This document shows positions 8,457 through 16,670 of a DNA stretch of 19,022 nucleotides, piece by piece. The first letter of the stretch is position 1. Every line of letters begins with the position of its first letter. The translations under genes were made by a program, and so were the position numbers. The notes beneath the pieces are model-generated. The model saw nothing but the letters and a program-made list of their open reading frames with translations, was not told the origin of the DNA and ran no database searches. The stretch comes from Calditrichia bacterium (GTDB lineage Bacteria > Calditrichota > Calditrichia > RBG-13-44-9): the NCBI GenBank assembly GCA_037381445.1, contig JARRQT010000079.1:1-19022 (forward strand). The letters are read 5' to 3'.

Positions 8457-9566
8457 ATGAAGAAGGGTTTTTTAATTTTATTTGCGGTTATTCTCTTATT
8501 CGGTATTGGCTGCGAGAAAAAAGCTGTGCAACAGGCAGAGACTAAGGTTCCGGTGAAGGTTTACCGGATTCAGCCTGATACAATTTCAACTTACCTGGAA
8601 ATCACCGGCAATCTGGAAGCGGTGAACGATGCACAGGTTTATGCAAAGGTTTCCGGCAAGGTGGATAAGATTTTGAAAACTACCGGCAGCCGGGTACAAA
8701 AAGACGAGGTCATTGCGGTGCTGGAAAATACCATTAATCAGCAAGGATTAAAACAGGCCGAAGCAGCCCTGCAATCCGCAAAGGCGCGCTACGAACAGGT
8801 AAAGCAGGATTACGAACGTTACCAGCGTCTGTACGAGCAAAAGGCCGTCAGCCAACAGCAGTGGGACCAGGTAAGCTCGGGAATGCAGGAAGCCAGGGCC
8901 TCTGTTGAACAACTGGAGGCGGCATACCAGCAGGCAAAGGAGTATCTCGAGAACACCTACATCAAAGCGCCCTTTGACGGTGTAGTGGGCAGCCTGTTTT
9001 TTGATGAAGGTCAAACCGTGGCCCAGGGGCAGCCGGTAGTAAAAATCATCAATACGAATCTCATGAAAGCCAAAATAAATGTCCCTGATGTGCACATCCG
9101 GCGATTGAAAATCGGACAGAGAATCTTCGGCACCTTCCCCTCTATGCAGAACAAGGAATTTGTGGGGAAAATCAACCAGATCGATCCTGCCATCGATCCA
9201 GTGAGCCGGACCGTCCAGGTGGAAGCAATTTTCAGCAATGATGCGAAAAACCTGAAATCAGGCATGTACGGCCTGTATCATATCGAAACCGAAAAACATA
9301 CGAACGCAGCGGTAGTGCCTGATAATGCGATTATCGCCAGAACAGATATTGAAATTAATCCGGAGACCGGTGAGACCTATACCAATAAGCGAAAATTCGT
9401 TTTTGTGGTTAACAGCGATACTGCCAAACTCACCGAGGTACAGAGCGGGCTCGAATCTCGCGGCCGGGTTGAAATTGTCGGCGGTGTGAATCCGGGCGAC
9501 CAGGTAATTGTGGTCGGACAGAAAGTGGTGAAAGACGGGCAAAAAGTTCAAATCATCAAAAATTAA
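8457..9566 (+). CDS. RND efflux periplasmic adaptor (membrane fusion protein), probable lipoprotein
   Basis: MKKGFLILFAVILLFGIGC lipobox-like N-terminus, lipoyl half-motifs (AKVSGKV; IKAPFDGVV) flanking a coiled-coil hairpin, IDPVSRT, LKSGMY. Start ATG 8457 has GAGGAG at 8444-8449. Confidence 0.95.
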   Translation: MKKGFLILFAVILLFGIGCEKKAVQQAETKVPVKVYRIQPDTISTYLEITGNLEAVNDAQVYAKVSGKVDKILKTTGSRVQKDEVIAVLENTINQQGLKQAEAALQSAKARYEQVKQDYERYQRLYEQKAVSQQQWDQVSSGMQEARASVEQLEAAYQQAKEYLENTYIKAPFDGVVGSLFFDEGQTVAQGQPVVKIINTNLMKAKINVPDVHIRRLKIGQRIFGTFPSMQNKEFVGKINQIDPAIDPVSRTVQVEAIFSNDAKNLKSGMYGLYHIETEKHTNAAVVPDNAIIARTDIEINPETGETYTNKRKFVFVVNSDTAKLTEVQSGLESRGRVEIVGGVNPGDQVIVVGQKVVKDGQKVQIIKN

Positions 9567-9686
9567 TCAAACATAGACGGAGGATAAAGATTCCGGAAAG
9601 ATTTTGAGAGCAAACCAAATGCTGAAGCAGGGTTTCCTGTCCGGAATCGAATCTCATCATCCCGAATTTTCTTAATGAGGTAGAAT

Positions 9687-12600
9687 ATGAAACTGGTTGA
9701 ATTTTCAATAAAAAAGCGAATTACACTTTCGATGATATTTATTATCATCATCGGATTTGCACTTTTCTCCTTCTCCCAATTGAAGGTCGATCTTTTTCCG
9801 GAAATCGACTTTCCGGTAATTGGGATCATCACCCAGTATCCCGGGGTCGGTTCCGAAGATATGGAGAACCTGATAGCCCGGCCGCTGGAAGAGGCAGTAT
9901 CAGCAACCAAAAATGTTAAAAAAGTAACCTCGCAAACCTCGCAGGGAGTTTGCCTCACCATGCTGGAATTTGACTGGGGAACCGATATCGATCAGGCAGA
10001 AATGGATGTCCGGAAACGGGTGGACCTGGTAAGGGACGCCCTGCCGGAAGAGGCCACCGCACCGCTGACATTCGCCTTCGACCCCTCCATGGCGCCGGTG
10101 ATGTTCATGCTGCTGACTTCCAAAAGTCTGGGCCCGGCGGAACTCCGTCAATTGGGCGAGAACAAGATAGAACCCCTCATGGAACGCGTCGAGGGGATCG
10201 CCAGCGCGGAAACGCAGGGCGGCCTGGAACGCCAGATTAATGTGGAACTGGATCCGGTGAAACTGGCCTCCCATAATCTCTCTCCCTCTGATGTAGTAAA
10301 GGCCATCGGCGGGCAGGGCGGTTTGTTTCCGGCCGGAAGAATCGAAACGAACACCACCAATTTCAGCCTGCGGATCATGAGCGAATACAACGATGTCGAT
10401 CAGATTCGCAATGCCGTTATCAAATATGAGAAAAACAGGCCTCTTCTTGTAAAGGACGTATCCAGGGTAGTGGACGGTTATAAAGAGCTGACCGGCGATG
10501 TGCGGGCCGATTATAATCAGAGTGTGTATATGCGCCTCTTCAAGCAGTCGGACGCGAACACGGTTCAGGCCTGCCGGAATGTGCGGGAAGCGCTGCCCGA
10601 TATACAGGCCCTCCTGCCGGAAGGCACCCAGTTACGGATTGTCTACGACCAGTCCGATTATATCATGCGGTCGGTCAGCAACCTGGGTGACACTGCCGTC
10701 ATGGCTTTCATTCTGGCCTTTCTGGTTATTTATTTCTTCCTGCGAAATCTCCGGGGAAGCATCATCATGGGGTTGGCAATCCCGGTTTCGGTCATCTCAA
10801 CATTTGCGGTGATGATGCTGGCTAAACTTTCCCTGAATATTATCTCGATGGCGGGACTGGCGCTGGCAATTGGTATGCTTGTTGATAACTCTATTGTGGT
10901 GCTGGAGAACATATACCGGCATCGGGAGCTTGGCGAACCCCTTTACGATTCCGCAAACAAAGGCGCCTCGGAAGTGGGAATGGCCATCACCGCTTCCACG
11001 CTCACAACTATCGGTGTATTTTTCCCGGTGCTCTTCGTTCCCGGAATAGCAGGTGAACTCTTCGGGGATATGGTGATTACCATTACCTTCAGTCTGTTTG
11101 CTTCGCTTCTCATCGCGCTTACGCTGGTTCCCATGTTGAGCTCCAGAATTCTGCGCACCGAAGCAGAGATGAAGAAGCAGAGATTTCTGGGACTGAAGAA
11201 CGGTATTGGCAGGTTCCTGGATAATCTCACCAATACGTACAGCAGAGTGCTCCATTGGTCGCTTTATCATAAAAAAACAGTGCTCATCTCTACTGCTGCA
11301 GTTTTCATTCTATCGCTGGGGCTGATCAAATTTATCGGCGGCGAATTTCTGCCAAAATCCGATCAGGGATTTATTTCGGTTACTATAAACCGGGAAAAAG
11401 GAACCCCGCTCGATCAAACCCGTCTGACTGTTCTGCAGATTGAAAATATTATTAAAAATAAGGTACCGGAGGCGACCGATGTTTTCGCCCTGTTCGGGAA
11501 TTCAGAAGGGGTGGCGGCGCTGTTCGGCGGCTCGGGAAGCGAAGCCATCAACCTGCGCATCCGCCTGACGCCAATGGAGCAGCGCACGCGCAGCCAGTTC
11601 CAGATAGAAGATACCCTGAGGGCCGCTTTCAATAAAATCCCGGGGATAACCTATCAGTTTGTTCAGCCGGGCATGTTTTCAAATCAGCGGGCCGTTGAAG
11701 TCAAAATATTCGGTTTCGATCTGGACCAGTCCCGCGCCATCGCCGAACAGCTCAAGGAAAAAATGTCCCATGTAAAGGGACTGGTGGATATTGACATAAA
11801 TCAGAAGGAAGGCGGTCAGGAGTTACGCATCATTCCCGACCGGCAGCGGATGAACGACCTGAAATTGAGTACCCTGCAGGTGGCGGACATTATCTCTACC
11901 TCAATCCAGGGAAAAGTGGCCGCGCGCTACCGGGAAAAGGGAGATGAATACGATGTGCTGGTCCAATTGGATAAGCCGTATCGAAAGCAGAAGGAAGCCA
12001 TCCAGAATCTTCTGATTCCAACCATTTCGGGGAAAATGGTCCAGTTGCAGCAGATTGCTCACGTCGAGCAGGGAAATGCTCCCACCACGATTTACCGTGA
12101 GAACCAGGAGCGCTACATCTCCGTGGGATGCGACCTGTCCGGCACCAATCTTTCTGCGGCGGTAAGCCAGATCAAGAAAATCATCAAGGATACTGCCATT
12201 CCATCGGATTTTCAGGTGGTTATCGGCGGCTCGGCGGAAGATCAGCAGGAATCGTTCCTTTACCTGACCATCGCATTCTTCGCAGCAATTCTGCTGGTAT
12301 ACATGATCATGGCTTCGCAGTTTGAATCGCTGCTGGATCCTTTCATCATCATGTTTACGGTGCCGCTATCGCTGATCGGCGTTTTTGTAGTGCTGTTCAT
12401 TACCGGCACCACGCTGAGCGTTATGGCGCTGGTGGGAATTGTGATGCTGGCCGGAATTGTGGTTAACAACGGTATTGTGATGGTGGATTATATTAACCAG
12501 CTCCGCGAACAGGGGATGGAACTCTACGCCGCGGCGGAAGAAGGCGGCCGAGTGCGTTTGCGCCCGGTGCTCATGACCGCCGCCACCACCATTCTGGGTA

Positions 12601-12776
12601 TGGTGCCGCTGGCGCTGAAACTGGGTTCCGGTTCGGAAAACTGGGCGCCGCTGGCCCGTGCGGTTATCGGAGGATTGACAACCAGTACGATCCTGACACT
12701 GGTCATTATTCCCATCGTTTATGTTATTTTCGAACATATGAGCGATCGGTTCAAAGCCAGATACTCGAAGGCCTGA
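9687..12776 (+). CDS. RND efflux transporter permease (AcrB/AcrD/AcrF family)
   Basis: 1029 aa. Motifs: [11 protein letters not shown]4 [23 protein letters not shown]10 [40 protein letters not shown]. Confidence 0.97.
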   Translation: MKLVEFSIKKRITLSMIFIIIIGFALFSFSQLKVDLFPEIDFPVIGIITQYPGVGSEDMENLIARPLEEAVSATKNVKKVTSQTSQGVCLTMLEFDWGTDIDQAEMDVRKRVDLVRDALPEEATAPLTFAFDPSMAPVMFMLLTSKSLGPAELRQLGENKIEPLMERVEGIASAETQGGLERQINVELDPVKLASHNLSPSDVVKAIGGQGGLFPAGRIETNTTNFSLRIMSEYNDVDQIRNAVIKYEKNRPLLVKDVSRVVDGYKELTGDVRADYNQSVYMRLFKQSDANTVQACRNVREALPDIQALLPEGTQLRIVYDQSDYIMRSVSNLGDTAVMAFILAFLVIYFFLRNLRGSIIMGLAIPVSVISTFAVMMLAKLSLNIISMAGLALAIGMLVDNSIVVLENIYRHRELGEPLYDSANKGASEVGMAITASTLTTIGVFFPVLFVPGIAGELFGDMVITITFSLFASLLIALTLVPMLSSRILRTEAEMKKQRFLGLKNGIGRFLDNLTNTYSRVLHWSLYHKKTVLISTAAVFILSLGLIKFIGGEFLPKSDQGFISVTINREKGTPLDQTRLTVLQIENIIKNKVPEATDVFALFGNSEGVAALFGGSGSEAINLRIRLTPMEQRTRSQFQIEDTLRAAFNKIPGITYQFVQPGMFSNQRAVEVKIFGFDLDQSRAIAEQLKEKMSHVKGLVDIDINQKEGGQELRIIPDRQRMNDLKLSTLQVADIISTSIQGKVAARYREKGDEYDVLVQLDKPYRKQKEAIQNLLIPTISGKMVQLQQIAHVEQGNAPTTIYRENQERYISVGCDLSGTNLSAAVSQIKKIIKDTAIPSDFQVVIGGSAEDQQESFLYLTIAFFAAILLVYMIMASQFESLLDPFIIMFTVPLSLIGVFVVLFITGTTLSVMALVGIVMLAGIVVNNGIVMVDYINQLREQGMELYAAAEEGGRVRLRPVLMTAATTILGMVPLALKLGSGSENWAPLARAVIGGLTTSTILTLVIIPIVYVIFEHMSDRFKARYSKA

Positions 12777-12784
12777 CAAAAATT

Positions 12785-12830
12785 AATCCCCCACCCGCGA
12801 TCTGATCCGGCGGGTGGGGGATTTTGTTTT
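12785..12830 (+). terminator. Intrinsic terminator after the RND operon, possibly bidirectional
   Basis: Perfect 14-bp stem aatcccccacccgc (12785-12798) / gcgggtgggggatt (12810-12823), followed by ttgtttt. It lies between the convergent RND and MFS genes. Confidence 0.88.
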
Positions 12831-12877
12831 CCGGATTTTCCGATCCGTAAACCTTTCCATGCAAATAGGCCTAAGGC

Positions 12878-14068
12878 CTAAATGTCCTGCGCCTTTGCTG
12901 GCTGATAAACAATCAAGGCAATTATCAGGAAAAATGTGACCACCGCAAAGGCCGCTCCTGCGAAGAAGGTCGCTTCCACTCCCCACATTGCATAGATCAA
13001 ACCCATTAGCGGGGGGCCAATGGTCTGCCCAAACCGCAGCACCATGCCGTTGAGTGACATAAAAGCGCCCCGGTATTTCATGGGAGCCAGCTCCGCGAAC
13101 ATGGTCTGGATCGCTGGTATGTTTACACCATGGCCCAGGCCGAAGATGATGGTCGGAAGAAAGAACCACCAGATATTATGAACAAACGGCAGTATAAACA
13201 GACCGGCCGCGTAAAAAAGGAACGCCAGCATGATCAGTTTCCCTTTGGAAATCCTTCTTGACAGGTTGCCCAGTTGTGCAGATGTCAGGGCTGTTGAGAC
13301 CGACATGCTGGAAAGTATAATTCCTATGACAATTGGCGAAGCATTGAAAGACTGGCCCAGAAGAATGGGGAGATAGGTCAGAAAAGAGCCGTAGAGCATG
13401 ATGAAAGTAACCACGCTGGCGATGAACAGCCCCACTACTTTCCGGTTTTTAATACTCATCCAGACACTTGCCAAATATTCTTTGAGTTCCTGCTCCCTTT
13501 CCGGCTCAGGATTGTTGAGCGAAAACAGAACAATGAAACCGATGGGAAGCGCAAAAACCGGCAGGAAGAACGGAAAATACCAGGCGATGGTAGCAAGTGC
13601 GCCGCCGATAAACGGATAACTGGCAGTTCCAACGCTTAAGATGCTGGCGTTTATTCCCATGGCGGAGGTCCGTGTCTTGCCGGTAAAGAGGTCGCCGATG
13701 AGGGTCACGTTCAGAGAGCCCAGCGATGCACCGCCGATTCCCTGCAGAAAACGAAAAAGCAGCAAAAGGTGAAAGTCGCGGGCAAATCCGCAGACAAATC
13801 CCGCCCCGCCAAAGAGCAGCAGAGAGGGCACCAGAATCTTCTTTCGTCCAACGCGGTCGGCGAACACCCCCAAAACGGGGGTCAATAGAAATCCGGGCAG
13901 GGTGAAAGCCGTAATCAACAACCCGATTGAATTGGCTGAAATATGCAGCACATCCACAATTTTGGGGAAAGCAGGCGTAATGCTCGATACCCCCAGCACC
14001 GACATCAGCGTGACGCCATAAATTATCTGAAGATTTTTATTCCAGAAGATGTTCTGTTTTCGCGCCAT
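12878..14068 (-). CDS. MFS transporter, DHA1-like drug/H+ antiporter
   Basis: About 12 hydrophobic segments. Motif A GVFADRVGRK, motif B FRFLQGIG, motif C-like GTASYPFIGGAL. Start ATG 14068 (GAGGA upstream) is preferred to GTG 14086. Confidence 0.92.
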   Translation of the reverse strand: MARKQNIFWNKNLQIIYGVTLMSVLGVSSITPAFPKIVDVLHISANSIGLLITAFTLPGFLLTPVLGVFADRVGRKKILVPSLLLFGGAGFVCGFARDFHLLLLFRFLQGIGGASLGSLNVTLIGDLFTGKTRTSAMGINASILSVGTASYPFIGGALATIAWYFPFFLPVFALPIGFIVLFSLNNPEPEREQELKEYLASVWMSIKNRKVVGLFIASVVTFIMLYGSFLTYLPILLGQSFNASPIVIGIILSSMSVSTALTSAQLGNLSRRISKGKLIMLAFLFYAAGLFILPFVHNIWWFFLPTIIFGLGHGVNIPAIQTMFAELAPMKYRGAFMSLNGMVLRFGQTIGPPLMGLIYAMWGVEATFFAGAAFAVVTFFLIIALIVYQPAKAQDI

Positions 14069-14142
14069 AAGAACAAGATTCCTCACAATTTGTATTCCGC
14101 CGGATTCCTGAGGTGATTACCAGTGGGCCAAATCCCGAAAAT

Positions 14143-14214
14143 TCAGAGTCAATTTAAACAAATGCTTTTACACAAAAAAGAATATAGGGTTCAATCAGAG
14201 CAAATTAAACAAAT
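14143..14214. repeat. Imperfect ~20-bp direct repeat in the MFS/gamma-CA divergent region
   Basis: tcagagtcaatttaaacaaat (14143-14163) vs tcagag-caaattaaacaaat (14195-14214): one gap and one mismatch. Confidence 0.6.
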
Positions 14215-14402
14215 TTAAAACTATAAAATTCCCACCTTGCGGGAGCGACGGGCCTTTGATTAACAGACCCATTCCTTCAGGAATGATTTGGGGGACGGCT
14301 GATCATCCGTCCGGAAATTTAGTTTTCTTGTTTCGTCCGGTTCTTTTTTAAACTAATATTAATTGGAATTATTCAAAAACAGAAATTCAAACCGGAGGCA
14401 AA

Positions 14403-14960
14403 ATGATTCTTCCCAACACTATCGACGATACCCCTCAGATATCGAGTTCTACCTTTATTCACCCAACGGCCCTGATTCAGGGGAATGTCATTATTAAACC
14501 CAATTGTTTTATCGGACCCATGGCAGTTATCCGCGCGGATGAAGTAAACGACGACGGAAAAGTCTATCCCATAATCATTGAAGAGAACTGCAATATTCAG
14601 GACGGCGTTATCATCCATTCCGCAAAGGGCAAATCGGTTACAATAGGCCCGGACGTGTCCATAACCCACGGCGCGGTTGTTCATGGTCCGTGCACCATCG
14701 AGTCCGGCTGCCTCATTGGATTTAATGCGGTAGTCTATAATGCTTTTCTCGAAAAGGATGTGGTGGTGCTGCACAACGCGGTGGTGGAAATGGTAACAAT
14801 TCCCACCCGCAAGGTCGTGCAGGCGAATGATACCATCACTTTTCCCGAAGATCTTTCCCGGTTGCAGGACTATACCCCCGCAGTGGAGAATTTCTGCCAA
14901 AGGGTAATCGGAACCTACAAGAAACTGACCTACGGATATTTATACGCATCCAAAGGATAA
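14403..14960 (+). CDS. Gamma-class carbonic anhydrase (left-handed beta-helix)
   Basis: Hexapeptide repeats. IRADE, NIQDGVIIH and THGAVVHGP supply three His metal ligands (H72, H89, H94) plus R44, D46, E47, N64, Q66, D67. GGAGG RBS. Confidence 0.92.
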   Translation: MILPNTIDDTPQISSSTFIHPTALIQGNVIIKPNCFIGPMAVIRADEVNDDGKVYPIIIEENCNIQDGVIIHSAKGKSVTIGPDVSITHGAVVHGPCTIESGCLIGFNAVVYNAFLEKDVVVLHNAVVEMVTIPTRKVVQANDTITFPEDLSRLQDYTPAVENFCQRVIGTYKKLTYGYLYASKG

Positions 14961-14981
14961 TCAATTTGTTTCCCGATTGCG

Positions 14982-15018
14982 AAGCCCCGCCCCTTGCGAT
15001 CGCGGGGCTTTCTGTTTT
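14982..15018 (+). terminator. Intrinsic terminator after gamma-CA
   Basis: 9-bp stem aagccccgc (14982-14990) / gcggggctt (15002-15010), followed by tctgtttt. Confidence 0.8.
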
Positions 15019-15119
15019 GCATGCCCTATTTTCCCATAATAATTAGCGTCTCCAAGGCAGAAGTCACCAAGTCCCATCAAAAATTCTTTCAAAATATAAT
15101 CGTACTATGAATTACATAC

Positions 15120-15149
15120 TTGAAACATATGCCTGTTTTTTCATATAAT
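15120..15149 (+). promoter_or_regulatory. Putative sigma70-type promoter for the Fe-S protein gene
   Basis: TTGAAA (15120-15125), 18-nt spacer, TATAAT (15144-15149). Confidence 0.55.
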
Positions 15150-15243
15150 ATAACAGCGTGCATATTTAAGATTTTTGGCAGCTTCTGAAAAGTATTCCGA
15201 ATCGGAATGATCCATTCATGCTATTCCGGAAAGTGAGAAAAAA

Positions 15244-16524
15244 ATGGCGCATCAAACCGTGAAGTCCGCCTACACCCGTCTTACCGAAAGGATAAATCGT
15301 TTTCCCCAGGGAGCTCCCCCTTCGGAACTTCTATTCAAAATCTTATCCATGCTGTTCAGCGAAAAGGAAGCCGGGCTGGTGGCCCAGTTGCCAATCAAGC
15401 CATTCACGGCACAAAAAGCAAGCAGAATCTGGAAACTGGACCTGGCCGCTACCCGGAAAATACTGGATGAGCTTGCCGGACGAGCCATCCTGCTGGATAC
15501 CGAGGAAAACGGGGAAATTGTCTACGGCCTTCCCCCGCCCATGGCCGGATTCTTTGAATTTTCGATGATGCGTATCCGGGGCGATATCGATCAGCAACTG
15601 CTGGGCGAGCTGTTTTATCAATATCTCAATGTCGAGGAAGATTTTGTCAAATCGCTATTTACCCACGGGGAAACCCAACTGGGCCGGGTTTTTGTGAACG
15701 AGCCGGCGCTTTCAGCGGAAAATGCCCTGCATGTGCTCGATTATGAACGGGCCAGTGAGGTCATAAAAGGGGCAACGCACCGGGCAATCGGCATCTGCTA
15801 CTGCCGCCATAAAATGCAGCATCTTGATCGCGCCTGCGACGCGCCCTTGGACATCTGCATGACCTTCAACGGAACAGCGGAATCTCTGATCAAACATGGG
15901 ATTGCCAGGGAAGTGGATAAGGTTGAGGGAATCGACTTGCTGCAGAAAGCCTACGACCACAACCTGGTACAATTCGGTGAAAATGTGAGGGAATCCGTCA
16001 ATTTTATCTGCAATTGCTGCGGGTGCTGCTGCGAAGCCATGCTGGCAGCCCAGCGGTTCGGAATATTGAATCCGGTTCATACGACTAATTTCATGCCGAC
16101 GGTGCGGGAGGAAAACTGCAACGGCTGCGGCAAATGCGTCAATGTGTGTCCGGTGGATGCCATGGCGCTTGTTTCAGCTCACCATCCCAATCAGCAGAAG
16201 CAGAAAAAAGCCAGGGTGAACGAAGAGATATGCCTGGGCTGCGGCGTATGCGCCAGGGTTTGTACGAAAGATGCCATTGAGCTCAAATCACGTCAGGAGC
16301 GGGTAATCACTCCGTTGAACTCGGTGCACCGGGTGGTGGTTATGGCTATCGAACGGGGAAAACTGCAGAACCTGATCTGGGACAATCATGCGCTGGCAAG
16401 CCACCGGGCAATGGCCGCCATCCTGGGAGTCATTTTGCGGCTGCCGCCGCTGAAACGGGCAATGGCAAGCAGGCAGATGAAATCCCGGTATCTGGAGTAT
16501 CTGATTCAGCGCTTCTATCCCTGA
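15244..16524 (+). CDS. Cys-rich 4Fe-4S dicluster domain-containing protein, function unknown
   Basis: Two ferredoxin motifs, CNGCGKCVNVCP and CLGCGVCARVCT, plus CYCRH, CDAPLDIC and CNCCGCCC. N-terminus looks winged-helix-like (FTAQKASRIWKLDLAATRKILDELAGRAIL). Confidence 0.9.
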   Translation: MAHQTVKSAYTRLTERINRFPQGAPPSELLFKILSMLFSEKEAGLVAQLPIKPFTAQKASRIWKLDLAATRKILDELAGRAILLDTEENGEIVYGLPPPMAGFFEFSMMRIRGDIDQQLLGELFYQYLNVEEDFVKSLFTHGETQLGRVFVNEPALSAENALHVLDYERASEVIKGATHRAIGICYCRHKMQHLDRACDAPLDICMTFNGTAESLIKHGIAREVDKVEGIDLLQKAYDHNLVQFGENVRESVNFICNCCGCCCEAMLAAQRFGILNPVHTTNFMPTVREENCNGCGKCVNVCPVDAMALVSAHHPNQQKQKKARVNEEICLGCGVCARVCTKDAIELKSRQERVITPLNSVHRVVVMAIERGKLQNLIWDNHALASHRAMAAILGVILRLPPLKRAMASRQMKSRYLEYLIQRFYP

Positions 16525-16624
16525 AATAACTTGTTCTTTCGGGCTGATTTGCAGGACAGCAAGAATCATATTTTCAGGAAAGTTTTTTTGCCTAAAGCGG
16601 AAGTTAAGACTACATATCCCGACG

Positions 16625-16668
16625 GGCAGCAGGAAAGGAATGCTGACGAGACCAGTTCTCCTGCCGCC
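16625..16668 (-). other. Stem-loop immediately 3' of the PiT stop codon
   Basis: Minus strand GGCGGCAGGA...TCCTGCTGCC (10 bp with one G-U) with inner GAA/TTC and CTG/CAG pairs. No U-tract follows on this strand. Confidence 0.6.
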
Positions 16669-16670
16669 TT

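Noticed and set aside
9607..9640. GCAAACC resembling a c-di-GMP-I riboswitch
   Set aside because: It lacks the GNRA-capped P2 followed by GGGACGCAAAGC and the P3 receptor.
14230..14252. CCACC...GGGAGCGAC resembling the ZMP/ZTP (pfl) riboswitch
   Set aside because: The 5' GUCGUGACUGGC strand and the 3' GCCUGGGC hairpin are absent, and the neighbouring genes are not purine or folate related.
14290..14345. Minus-strand GGACGAAAC resembling a hammerhead ribozyme core
   Set aside because: There is no CUGANGA in a compatible position and stem III with a UH cleavage site cannot be formed.
1706..14960. Functional link between the CO2-releasing GCDH and the gamma-CA
   Set aside because: They are more than 11 kb apart in separate transcription units with unrelated genes between them.
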